Assembly: GCA_035548315.1 (NCBI GenBank) | Contig: DASZTF010000044.1 | Coordinates: forward strand, 31,484-95,483 | DNA from: Minisyncoccota bacterium | GTDB taxonomy: Bacteria; Patescibacteriota; Minisyncoccia; Phycocordibacterales; Phycocordibacteraceae | Direction: 5' to 3' | DNA: 64,000 bases | Part shown: positions 25,763 to 35,156 of the stretch, one piece after another | Numbering within the stretch: the stretch's first letter is position 1 | Layout of the letters: every line of letters begins with the position of its first letter | Made by a program: the position numbers and the translations under genes | Notes under the pieces: model-generated | What the model saw: only the letters and a program-made list of their open reading frames with translations | The model's database searches: none | Told to the model about the DNA's origin: nothing

Positions 25763-28700
25763 ATGAAGAAATGGGGGCTGGCGTTTGCCGTGCTCAGTAT
25801 TGTGCTTACCCCACACGTGGCGTCAGCTACCTCCATTGCTGACCTCCAGGCAGAAGTACTCCGCCTCGTCCAACTCGTTCAGTCATTAGAAGCTGAACTC
25901 GCAGCCCGTGGCACTACCACCACATCAAGCTGTCCAGCACTCACGAGAGACCTCACTCTTAATGCCACTGGCCCCGACGTAACAGCGCTCCAATCTTGGC
26001 TCATGAGCCAGGGCTACACCATATCAGCGGGTGCAACGGGATACTTCGGTCCCCAAACCCAGACCGCCCTCAGTGCCTACCAATCAGTACATCTCATCTT
26101 TCCGGCAGTCGGTTATCTTGGTCCCCTGACTCGTTCTTCCATTGGTACGGTCTGCACTCAAACTACTACCACTACCTCCACAACAACCACTATCTCAGCA
26201 GGCGGTGGCGGGGGCAGCCGCAATAATGGCGGAGGCGGAGGCGGCGGAGGAGGAGGAGGCGGCGGAGGTGGGGGAGGTGGTGACACCACCGCGCCAACGG
26301 TTTCAATGACCGCGCCTTCGGACGGGAGTACGGTTACCGGCGCTTCAGTTGCGGTTTCTGCTACTGCGTCTGACGATACTGCCGTTATAGGGGTTCAGTT
26401 CAAGCTCGATGGCTCTTCACTCGGTTCGGAAGACACGTCCGATCCCTATGTTCTCAGTTGGGATAGCACCGGCGTTTCTGACGGTTCTCACACGCTTACA
26501 GCGGTAGCTCGCGACGCTGCCGGCAACACCACTACTGCAACTTCAGTAACCGTGACCGTGGACAATGCAGGACCTGTACTTTCGGCTATAGCATCTACGA
26601 CGGACACCACGGTTGCTACGACTACATGGACGACCGACGAATCTTCGGATTCAAAGGTCGTATACGGTACAACCAGTTCGTACGGCACGACAGTTTTCAA
26701 TGCGTCACGAGTAACTAGTCATGAGCTAGTGCTATCAGGCCTTGCATCGAATACCACTTATCATTTTGCGGTGGTGTCGGCGGATGCGAGCGGTAATACG
26801 TCAACGTCAAGCGACAAGACATTCACCACCCAGGCAGGATCGCAAACAGTCGTTTATATCACTTCTGGCTCTACGTGGACAGTTCCCGCCGACTGGAACA
26901 GCTCAAACAACACCATAGAAGTAATAGGCGGCGGAGCAGGCGCTGCGGGCTACGCGAGTGGTAATGCGCCGGTTGGCGGTGGCGGTGGCGCGTACTCAAA
27001 AATTGTGAACACGAACCTTACACCAAGCGCGACGATTGGCATCCACATCGGCGTCGGCGGCGTTGCAAGCACGTCTGGCGGAGATACCTATCTGTGCAAT
27101 GCGACGAGCAACTGCGGTTCGCTGCTTGGTTCCGCGGTCATTGTAGGAGCGCAGGGCGGCCAGCGCGGAGTCGCAACGGGCACACCTTCGGGAGGGCAGG
27201 GCGGAGCCGCGTCGGCTGGAATCGGCACCACAAAATATTCTGGCGGGAACGGCGGCATCCCGCAGAGCGGCACCGTTATTTCTGGCGTCGGCGGCGGAGG
27301 TGCCGCAGGGCCAAACGGAAATGGTGCTGCGGGAGGCGCAACTACCGGGTCGAGCAATTTCACGTGGGGTGGTTCTGGTGGAGGCGGTTCTGGTGGAGGC
27401 ACTGCAGGAGCAAACGCCACAAGTACGGCGGGCGTGGGCGCAAACGGGGGCGATAATTCAAACGGTGTGGGCCATGGTGTTGGTGCGGTTAATGCAAGCG
27501 CGGGTGGGAATGGCACGGGAGGAACCGCAGGCGGTGGTGGTGGGGCGGGAGGGAATCCCGGGTTCAGCACGGACAATGCAGGTTCGGGTGGCGCAGGCGG
27601 CGCAGGCACGGAATGGGATGCAACGCACGGCGCAGGCGGCGGTGGCGGCGGTTCAGGCGCCTGCCAAGTCGGCGCGACTGTGGGTACGGGAGGAAATGGT
27701 GGACTGTATGGCGGTGGCGGTGGCGGTGGTTGCGGAACCGCAGGCGTTGGAGCACAAGGTGTCATCGTGGTCACGTATGGCGGGTCGTCTGATACCACGG
27801 CTCCAGTCATTTCATCTATCTCGTCCGGCACGCCCAGCTCCTCCGGCGCTACCATAACCTGGACGACCAATGAGAACGCGACTTCGCAAGTCGAATACGG
27901 TCTTACTTCTTCCTACACCGCTACGACCACCCTCGATTCAACGCTCACCACCAGCCATTCGGTGACGTTGTCTGGGCTTTCCTCGGGGACGACGTATCAC
28001 TATCGCGTGCGGTCAAGCGATGCGTCGGGAAATCTCGCCACCTCGTCCGATCAAACGTTCACGACGGCGTCTGGACTCGATGACGGGCTTTCCGGTGCGC
28101 CGAGCGCAACCATCCAGCACCCAACCCTCCTCGATAGCTATACGAAGAAACCAGATTGGAACGTTGCCGGCGTAGATTATGCGGTCGGTATCCCAAGCGC
28201 CGTTACGCTTGCCGACTGGACCACGTATTCGCATAGCGGCTGCACGGTCGATAGCGTCACTAACCATTGGATTCGTTGCGACAATCAAACCGGACTTGTC
28301 TTCGACGGTCTCGACTTTACGTTGCACGGCGGGGCAACGCTCTATCTCGTCAATGATACAAACACCACGGTGCAGAATTCAAAATTTGGCGTACCACACT
28401 CGCCGAACTCCTATTCGATTCAGATGACCGGCACTTCCGAGGACATGACTATGAAATACAACTACTTTGACACTGGCGGAACCGCGTCGGCGATCCGAGC
28501 TCACTGCGGCACCATCGTGTTTGAATACAATTACGTCATCCATCAGCAGCAGCAAGTAATCCAGGTTGGCGCTAACACCGGAGAATCGTGCAACGCGGCC
28601 CTCACGTATAAATACAATTTCATCGACGATGCGAATATCGCATCTGGTTCGCACATGAATTACCAGCAGCTTCAGCTGAATACGCTCACGCTAGACGATG

Positions 28701-29032
28701 AGTTCAATACTACCTATCAGACGTCGCTCGGCGGAGCGGAAGGATTCCAGTATTACTGCGTAGGCACGTGCACGCTGCCGTCGCCTATCTTTGCGTATAA
28801 CACTATGATCGCACTCACAAACGGCGGCACGCGCACTATGTCGTACCTTGCTCATGGCAGTAGCGTTGACTCAAATGGGCACACGACAGCTACGGGTTCG
28901 CCTACAGGCCACGACAACTACTTTGACATCACGGGAGCCGTCGGAGCGCTCTACCCAGCAAGTTTCAACGGGTGGACGCTTTCAAACAACTACAACATGG
29001 TAACGGGAGCCGCGTTCTCAAACAATCCATGA
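25763..29032 (+). CDS. Large modular surface protein A: signal peptide, peptidoglycan-binding domain, Ig-like, FN3-like, Gly-rich domain, FN3-like, putative beta-helix C-terminus
   Basis: TRDL...G.DVTALQ.WL...GYFGPQT..AL..YQ; 18-Gly linker; DTTAPTV..GVQFKLD..SHTLTAVARDAAGN; two FN3-like units ending SD(K/Q)TFTT; Asn-ladder-like C-terminus. Confidence 0.85.
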   Translation: MKKWGLAFAVLSIVLTPHVASATSIADLQAEVLRLVQLVQSLEAELAARGTTTTSSCPALTRDLTLNATGPDVTALQSWLMSQGYTISAGATGYFGPQTQTALSAYQSVHLIFPAVGYLGPLTRSSIGTVCTQTTTTTSTTTTISAGGGGGSRNNGGGGGGGGGGGGGGGGGGDTTAPTVSMTAPSDGSTVTGASVAVSATASDDTAVIGVQFKLDGSSLGSEDTSDPYVLSWDSTGVSDGSHTLTAVARDAAGNTTTATSVTVTVDNAGPVLSAIASTTDTTVATTTWTTDESSDSKVVYGTTSSYGTTVFNASRVTSHELVLSGLASNTTYHFAVVSADASGNTSTSSDKTFTTQAGSQTVVYITSGSTWTVPADWNSSNNTIEVIGGGAGAAGYASGNAPVGGGGGAYSKIVNTNLTPSATIGIHIGVGGVASTSGGDTYLCNATSNCGSLLGSAVIVGAQGGQRGVATGTPSGGQGGAASAGIGTTKYSGGNGGIPQSGTVISGVGGGGAAGPNGNGAAGGATTGSSNFTWGGSGGGGSGGGTAGANATSTAGVGANGGDNSNGVGHGVGAVNASAGGNGTGGTAGGGGGAGGNPGFSTDNAGSGGAGGAGTEWDATHGAGGGGGGSGACQVGATVGTGGNGGLYGGGGGGGCGTAGVGAQGVIVVTYGGSSDTTAPVISSISSGTPSSSGATITWTTNENATSQVEYGLTSSYTATTTLDSTLTTSHSVTLSGLSSGTTYHYRVRSSDASGNLATSSDQTFTTASGLDDGLSGAPSATIQHPTLLDSYTKKPDWNVAGVDYAVGIPSAVTLADWTTYSHSGCTVDSVTNHWIRCDNQTGLVFDGLDFTLHGGATLYLVNDTNTTVQNSKFGVPHSPNSYSIQMTGTSEDMTMKYNYFDTGGTASAIRAHCGTIVFEYNYVIHQQQQVIQVGANTGESCNAALTYKYNFIDDANIASGSHMNYQQLQLNTLTLDDEFNTTYQTSLGGAEGFQYYCVGTCTLPSPIFAYNTMIALTNGGTRTMSYLAHGSSVDSNGHTTATGSPTGHDNYFDITGAVGALYPASFNGWTLSNNYNMVTGAAFSNNP

Positions 29033-29063
29033 GAAGCGCTACGCGGATGGTAGTATGAAAAGC

Positions 29064-32000
29064 ATGATGCGCCGACGAAGTGTCATAGTTGCCATAACGA
29101 CGTTGGTCGGTCTTTTTTCACTGCAGCCCTTTCTGGCATCGGCGGCGACGTATACCCGAACGCTTGCAGTTGGCTCAAGTGGTTCCGACGTCGCTGCACT
29201 CCAGACATTCCTTGAGTCCAAGGGGTTTTACACATACCCTTCAATCACTGGCTATTTTGGAGCGGTGACTGAATCGGCACTCAAGGCATTCCAATCCTCG
29301 GTCGGGCTTGAGCCGGTGGGAGAGGTGGGGCCAAAAACGCAAGCAATTCTGAACGGCTCAACCTATACAGAGTCGACCGGAGCCCCATCAAACCTCCCCG
29401 CCTCTTTCACCCGCGACCTAGATGCAGGCACGTCAGGCAGCGACGTCACGGCGCTCCAGAGATGGCTCATTGCTCAGGGGTACACCATTCCTGCAGGAGC
29501 AACCGGATACTACGGTTCTCAAACCAAGGCGGCCGTGGCAGCATACCAGGCAGCGCACGGAATCACGCCTCCGGCGGGACGCTTCGGTCCTGCAACCCGC
29601 GCAAGCATATCGCTTGGCATGGCTGCGGGCACGACCGCGCCGCCCGACCAGATCGCTGTTGGACCAGACACCTACCTTGTTCCCGGAGTGCACCTGTCTG
29701 GAGGCACTCCCCGGCATCCTGAAACCCATACCGGAGGCACGAGCGACACCACGCCGCCAGTTCGCTCAGGCGGCGCTCCCTCAGGCACCCTTGCACTCAA
29801 CACCACAAGCACCACCATCTCACTTGATACCGACGAGTCTGCAACCTGCGCACATGCGACATCCCCGGGCACAGCGTACGGCTCCATGACCTCGTTCGAC
29901 ACCACCGGCGGCACCACGCACTCCTCCACGGTCTCGGGACTCACTAACGGCGGCAGTTATGTGTACTACGTCAAATGCGAAGATGCCGCCGGCAATATCA
30001 ACGCCGACGACTACACCATTTCATTCACCGTTGCCGCGGACACTACGTCGCCGTCGGTGACTCTCGATGCTCCCGCAAACAACGCAACTGTCTCAGGATC
30101 CGTCGCGCTGTCGGCTACTGCAAGCGATGACGTCTCTGTATCAGGCGTCCAGTTCAAACTCGACACCAACACCCTCATTGGGGCAGAGGACACGTCCTCT
30201 CCGTACACGGGCACGTGGGACTCGACGGGGGTCGCTGACGGGTCGCACACACTCGTGGCTGTGGCGCGCGACGGAAGCGGGAACTACGCTACGTCGAGCG
30301 TCGCTACCGTGACCGTCGACAACACCGCTCCTGTGCTCTCCTCCATCTCTTCTGGAACACCGGGCGCTTCAAGCGCGACGATCACGTGGAGTACGGATGA
30401 GGGTGCGTCGTCAACCGTGAACTACGGCCTCACGAGCAGCTATGGCACTGCCTCAACTAGCGACGCGCTTACAACCTCGCACTCGATCACTGTGACGGGA
30501 TTATCAGAAGGTACCACCTATCATTTCCAAGTGGCGTCTGCTGATTCGCAGGGTAATGTCGCAACCTCAAGCGACCAGACGTTCACTACCGGGTCAAGCT
30601 ACGCTCCTCTCGGTCTCACCTTTCTTCCATATAACGGTCTTGGTACGAACAGCGCCCTTGGCGTCACCAACAGCACTGCGCTCACGTACTCATTCTGGCT
30701 CATGGGAACATATAACAACGCGAACCCGACAACGATGGTGGGAACAGAAACATGGGGAGACCCCGGTACTTTCTGTGAGGTCACGGGCGGGACGGCTCCT
30801 GGCATCTGCAACTCTGTTGACACCACAAGTGGCCGGTTCCAGCTCAACTTCAATGACAGTACAGGTACCGTAAACGCAAGCAATGCCGTTAAGTTCATAG
30901 GGCAAGCGGGATCGAATGGTACGTGGCACCACTATCTCGTTAGCTTTGACACACATACGCAGAATTCAGCGCTTTACATAGATGGCGTCGACTCAGGAGT
31001 CCATGCGAACCCCATTCCGGCGGATTTGCTTCCGGATCTGAACAATTCTCACGGATTCCATTTAGGGGGTAAAACAACGGCCCAGCCTGCAGTTTCCCTC
31101 CAATACCAGGCTGAAATAGTTGCGGCTGAAACCAGCATTGTATGTACGGGCGCAGGCACGCCTACTACGATGAATGGTATTAGCGTAACCTGTAGCGCAG
31201 CCAACACCATACCGCCGGAAATACTCAGCAAGTTCATAGCCGATGGAAAGCCACTCGACCTCGGATCGTCATGTCAAAATCCGTTTGGCGGCCGTTCTTC
31301 CGAGGTTTGTGTGCGGGGCAGCAATACTTCTAATTCTGGTACGGGTGGCGCTCTCAGTCCACAGGTGTTCTCCACGGCTTCTTATGGTGGAGTGTATGCG
31401 GCTCCGTATGGGCCTGCAGGCATCCCCGCACATCAAGCAACTATGAAGTGGCTTCAGGCAAAAAACGGCGCCACGGTTACAAGCAATAGCATGACGACCA
31501 ACGCTGCATCGAACCCCATTTCAGTCGGCGATCTAATCGTGATTGTGGCGGGTATAAGCAATAGCTCCGGTAATACAAATTACGCTATGACCTGTCCGTC
31601 TGGGTTTAGCCAGATCGGTCCGGTGAACGACACCTTTGAGAGTGTTAACAGCGAGGCCTGCTACAAAATCCTTACCGGTGGTGATACGAGCGGTGCCTAT
31701 ACAATTACTTGGAATAGCGGCGGCGCTGCACGAACTCATGATTGGGTTATGGCCGATTACGGCAACGTCGCATCTGTGGATCAGACAGGATCTCTCTATA
31801 ACGGTGCTACCGTCACCACCTCGCATAAAACTGCTTCCGGTCTCACGACAACTTCGGCCAACGAGACAGTTGTTTCGGCCTGGGTGGATTGGAATGCAGC
31901 GGTCAATACGCCGTTCACTCCTCCTGGCACAGGGACGCTCCGCTACCGGCTGTCTGACGTCGGGTCTCCGTTGCAGATGATGCTCGTGGATGAATACTCA

Positions 32001-32090
32001 GTTGCAAACGGTAGCAATCCGCAGCGCACCATGACGACCGGGTCCGCAGTTACCTCAGCGGGCTTTACCCTCACGCTCGTCCCAAACTAA
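29064..32090 (+). CDS. Large modular surface protein B: signal peptide, two peptidoglycan-binding domains, Ig/FN3 units, LamG/ConA-like and novel C-terminal domains
   Basis: Two PG-binding repeats; Ig and FN3 modules shared with protein A; TYSFW...WHHYLVS.D...LYIDG (LamG-like). Confidence 0.85.
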   Translation: MMRRRSVIVAITTLVGLFSLQPFLASAATYTRTLAVGSSGSDVAALQTFLESKGFYTYPSITGYFGAVTESALKAFQSSVGLEPVGEVGPKTQAILNGSTYTESTGAPSNLPASFTRDLDAGTSGSDVTALQRWLIAQGYTIPAGATGYYGSQTKAAVAAYQAAHGITPPAGRFGPATRASISLGMAAGTTAPPDQIAVGPDTYLVPGVHLSGGTPRHPETHTGGTSDTTPPVRSGGAPSGTLALNTTSTTISLDTDESATCAHATSPGTAYGSMTSFDTTGGTTHSSTVSGLTNGGSYVYYVKCEDAAGNINADDYTISFTVAADTTSPSVTLDAPANNATVSGSVALSATASDDVSVSGVQFKLDTNTLIGAEDTSSPYTGTWDSTGVADGSHTLVAVARDGSGNYATSSVATVTVDNTAPVLSSISSGTPGASSATITWSTDEGASSTVNYGLTSSYGTASTSDALTTSHSITVTGLSEGTTYHFQVASADSQGNVATSSDQTFTTGSSYAPLGLTFLPYNGLGTNSALGVTNSTALTYSFWLMGTYNNANPTTMVGTETWGDPGTFCEVTGGTAPGICNSVDTTSGRFQLNFNDSTGTVNASNAVKFIGQAGSNGTWHHYLVSFDTHTQNSALYIDGVDSGVHANPIPADLLPDLNNSHGFHLGGKTTAQPAVSLQYQAEIVAAETSIVCTGAGTPTTMNGISVTCSAANTIPPEILSKFIADGKPLDLGSSCQNPFGGRSSEVCVRGSNTSNSGTGGALSPQVFSTASYGGVYAAPYGPAGIPAHQATMKWLQAKNGATVTSNSMTTNAASNPISVGDLIVIVAGISNSSGNTNYAMTCPSGFSQIGPVNDTFESVNSEACYKILTGGDTSGAYTITWNSGGAARTHDWVMADYGNVASVDQTGSLYNGATVTTSHKTASGLTTTSANETVVSAWVDWNAAVNTPFTPPGTGTLRYRLSDVGSPLQMMLVDEYSVANGSNPQRTMTTGSAVTSAGFTLTLVPN

Positions 32091-32162
32091 CTTGATCGCC
32101 TCGGGTTATCCCCACCCGGTAACTCGTCTTTTGAGAGACCCGGCAGGGTAGACTGTGGGCAT

Positions 32163-33800
32163 ATGCATATAAGACGCTTCGCATTCGGCATTCCCGTGCT
32201 TGTGCTCGGGCTTTTCTTTACTCTAAGTCCTGCAGCGCACGCGACGTATAAGCCAGCGGGTATTGAGTTCTTGCCGTTCATGGGCTTCGGTACTGGCAGC
32301 GCTACACCGCTTGGCGTCACCAACACCAAAACGCTCACGTATTCGTTCTGGCTCATGGGTACTGCTGACGAGGATGCTCATTACTCGCTTCAAGGCAACC
32401 AGTTCTTGAGCGATCCGAGTAGTGATTGCGAGGTTACGTCGGGACACCCATCCCCGGGGCTGTGTGGATCAGTTGATGATCCATATGGCCGTTTCCAAAT
32501 GAGCTTTAATGACTCGACCGGAACGGTGTCGGGAACAGACGACATCAAATTCCAAGCACAAGCAGGCAGCAATGCCGTGTGGCATCACTATCTCGTGAGC
32601 ATGGACAGTGCGAACCAGGTTGGTGCGCTCTATATCGACGGTTCGCTCTACACCGCGCGCGGGAATCCGCTCATATCTGCGAATGCCATTCCAGACCTCA
32701 ACAACGCCAATGGATTCCATATCCCGGGTTCTGGTCGGTTGATACAATACGAAGCAGACATTGTCGCAGCTGAAACAAGTGTGGTGTGTACGGGCACCGG
32801 TACGCCAGCATCGATGAACGGCATCGCCGTGACGTGTGCGGCACCGAACACCATCCCGCCCGAAATCGTTTCCAAATTCATCAATGGTTCTGGTAAACCG
32901 GTTGACCTCGGCACCGGCTGCGCCAATCCCTTTGGGGGACGGCAGTCAGAGGTATGTGTCGCTGGCAGCACGATCGGGAATACAGGGAGCGGACACTCGA
33001 TGGCAAGCGAGTTGTGGGGTCTAAGCGGTCTTGGTGGCGCGGGCACTCCGGATTACGGCGGGGTATTCACCGCGCCTTTTGGCCCGTGGGGCATTCCCGA
33101 TCATCAGGCCACGATGCGGTGGGTTCAAGAACAGAATCCTGCGGATGTAGTAACTTCAAATGGTTTCCCGGGAGCGTTAAACAAGGACTACATGACGACG
33201 TACGCCGCTTCTAATCCCATCGCGGTCGGAGATCTTATCGTGATTCTGGGGGGTATAAGTTCGAACTATACTATTAACGACGCACACATGATCTGCCCAA
33301 GTGGCTTCACGACCGTCGGACCGGTTGTGGATTCGGGCTATCCGGCGGGAGAAACAAACAGCATACTCTGCTATAAGTTTGCGACTTCCGCGGACGCGAG
33401 CGGCACGGGCGCATACAACATTTACTGGGATATCGGCAAGGCTGACCGCATGCACGACTGGCTCATGGCTGATTACACAAACGTAGCATCGGTCGATAAG
33501 AGTGGCAGCAACTACAATAGAAATGTTACCTCCCACCAGACTGCTTCTGGTCTCACCACTACATCAGGGAACGAGACGGTGGTGTCGGCGTGGGCGAACT
33601 GGAATGCGGCGGTCAATCAGTTCATCGAGCCGAGCACCGGTACACTCCGATTCCGTCTTCCTGACAATATTGCTTCCCCGATGCAGCTCATGCTGGTGGA
33701 TGAATATGGGGTCAGCAAAGGCAGCAATCCGCAGCGCACGATGACCACGGCATCTGCCGACTCGTCCGCAGGGTACACACTCACGCTCGTCCCGAACTAG
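32163..33800 (+). CDS. Secreted protein C, a paralog of the C-terminal half of surface protein B
   Basis: Signal peptide (..SPAAHA), then colinear with B from about 30600 (LGVTN..LTYSFWLMG, WHHYLVS, NTIPPEI.SKFI, HQATM.W, NPQRTMTT, TLTLVPN). Confidence 0.88.
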   Translation: MHIRRFAFGIPVLVLGLFFTLSPAAHATYKPAGIEFLPFMGFGTGSATPLGVTNTKTLTYSFWLMGTADEDAHYSLQGNQFLSDPSSDCEVTSGHPSPGLCGSVDDPYGRFQMSFNDSTGTVSGTDDIKFQAQAGSNAVWHHYLVSMDSANQVGALYIDGSLYTARGNPLISANAIPDLNNANGFHIPGSGRLIQYEADIVAAETSVVCTGTGTPASMNGIAVTCAAPNTIPPEIVSKFINGSGKPVDLGTGCANPFGGRQSEVCVAGSTIGNTGSGHSMASELWGLSGLGGAGTPDYGGVFTAPFGPWGIPDHQATMRWVQEQNPADVVTSNGFPGALNKDYMTTYAASNPIAVGDLIVILGGISSNYTINDAHMICPSGFTTVGPVVDSGYPAGETNSILCYKFATSADASGTGAYNIYWDIGKADRMHDWLMADYTNVASVDKSGSNYNRNVTSHQTASGLTTTSGNETVVSAWANWNAAVNQFIEPSTGTLRFRLPDNIASPMQLMLVDEYGVSKGSNPQRTMTTASADSSAGYTLTLVPN

Positions 33801-33832
33801 CATCAGGGTAGCGTGTGCGCTAGAGTGACGAG

Positions 33833-34486
33833 ATGGTGAAATTCCATCTCGTCACTCTCTTTAAAGAAGCCTGCGAGCCGTATCTCTCGGCGTCTATTTT
33901 GGGTCGCGCACGCGAGAAGAAGCTCATCTCGGTAGACTACTCGAATCCGCGCGACTTTGTCGATAACAAATGGGGCAAAGTCGACGAACGCCCCTACGGC
34001 GGCGGTCCTGGTATGGTGATGCAAGCAATGCCGGTGGTGAAAGCGACTAAGAAAGCGCTTGGCAAGAAGAAGGGCAAGAAGGTAATTGTATGGTTTACGC
34101 CCGGCGCAAGGCAGTTTGATAATAAAGAAGCCGACAAGCTCGCGAAGTATGACGACATCGTGCTTGTCTGTGGCCGCTATGAGGGCATCGACGAGCGCGC
34201 ACTCACTATTTTGAAGAAAGTCGCGCCGGTGAAAGTCTACGCAGTGGGTGACGCCGTCTACACCGGCGGGGAAGTGCCCGCGATGGCGATGATCGACGCG
34301 ATCGCCCGCCGCATCCCGGGCGTGCTCGGCAAGTTCGACTCCGTAGAAGAAAATCGCGTGGCAAGCCGCGCGGTCTACACGCGCCCCGAGACTATTACGT
34401 ACAAAAAGAAGAACTACCGCGTCCCCAAAGTCCTGCAGACCGGCCATCACGCCAATATCGACGCCTGGAAGAGTAAGAAACAGTAG
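33833..34486 (+). CDS. trmD: tRNA (guanine37-N1)-methyltransferase
   Basis: VDERPYGGGPGMVM, CGRYEGIDER, GD.V.TGGE, RRIPGVLG, YTRP, VP.VL..G.H. Confidence 0.97.
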   Translation: MVKFHLVTLFKEACEPYLSASILGRAREKKLISVDYSNPRDFVDNKWGKVDERPYGGGPGMVMQAMPVVKATKKALGKKKGKKVIVWFTPGARQFDNKEADKLAKYDDIVLVCGRYEGIDERALTILKKVAPVKVYAVGDAVYTGGEVPAMAMIDAIARRIPGVLGKFDSVEENRVASRAVYTRPETITYKKKNYRVPKVLQTGHHANIDAWKSKKQ

Positions 34487-34548
34487 ATACTTGCATAAAG
34501 TAGCGAATTGTTGTATTGTTTTATCCTGTTCATTTGATGGAGGTGGCT

Positions 34549-34902
34549 ATGCCACAGAACTGGGTCGCTCGTGACCCGAAGATGATTCCTGACGACCTGT
34601 TGGTCAGGCTGCTTGATGCGCTTCAGGAGGTGGAGTCCCAAGCGCTCGGAACTCGGAATTATTCGATCAGGAAGGATGACGTGCTGGTCGACGTCCATAA
34701 TTTCGGTAGATTCGACCGGCATAAGCGTGATTTGCAGATCACGATTCTGGCTCACCCTGATTCGGCTCGAAAGGAAAATCTGGACGAACGCAATGACAAA
34801 ATTGTCCGGGCGCTTCAGCCTTTGATGCCACACGGCACCACCGGCTTCATCTGGATCCATATCGGCACGGACTCATCTCTCAAGGTCTTTGCGGGTAAGT
34901 AA
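34549..34902 (+). CDS. Hypothetical protein, possible tautomerase/MIF-fold (Pro after initiator Met)
   Basis: GGAGGTG SD, then MPQNWV..; beta-alpha-beta pattern twice; own promoter (TTGCAT-17-TATTGT) and terminator at 34925-34953. Confidence 0.55.
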   Translation: MPQNWVARDPKMIPDDLLVRLLDALQEVESQALGTRNYSIRKDDVLVDVHNFGRFDRHKRDLQITILAHPDSARKENLDERNDKIVRALQPLMPHGTTGFIWIHIGTDSSLKVFAGK

Positions 34903-34971
34903 GTTGCGTCACATGAATGCGAACGGGCGGTCCTTCACAGGGCCGCCTTTTGTTATGTCCCCACAGCCCCA

Positions 34972-35156
34972 TTGCGCCCGGGGCAGGGAACTGGTATCTT
35001 ATAGATAACCAGAAAAGATTGAGTCCTGGGGAGACTCTGGCGGGCGGGGCGACCTAAGAAGTGGGCGACTTTTAAAAGCGAAGCGGAAAACGCGGGAAGC
35101 GCGCATTTTGCGTGCATGTATCCGTAGCTAATTTCCGCTCTTCATAGCAAAATCAC
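34972..35156 (+). promoter_or_regulatory. rpoBC promoter and structured leader of about 150 nt
   Basis: TTGCGC-17 nt-TATCTT with TG extension; stems agcggaaa/tttccgct and gcgcgca/tgcgtgc. Confidence 0.55.

Noticed and set aside
31900-33800. Similar 3' ends of surface genes B and C as a possible DGR template/variable repeat pair
   Set aside because: Differences are mostly synonymous and not adenine-specific, similarity spans the whole domain, and no reverse transcriptase is in the window
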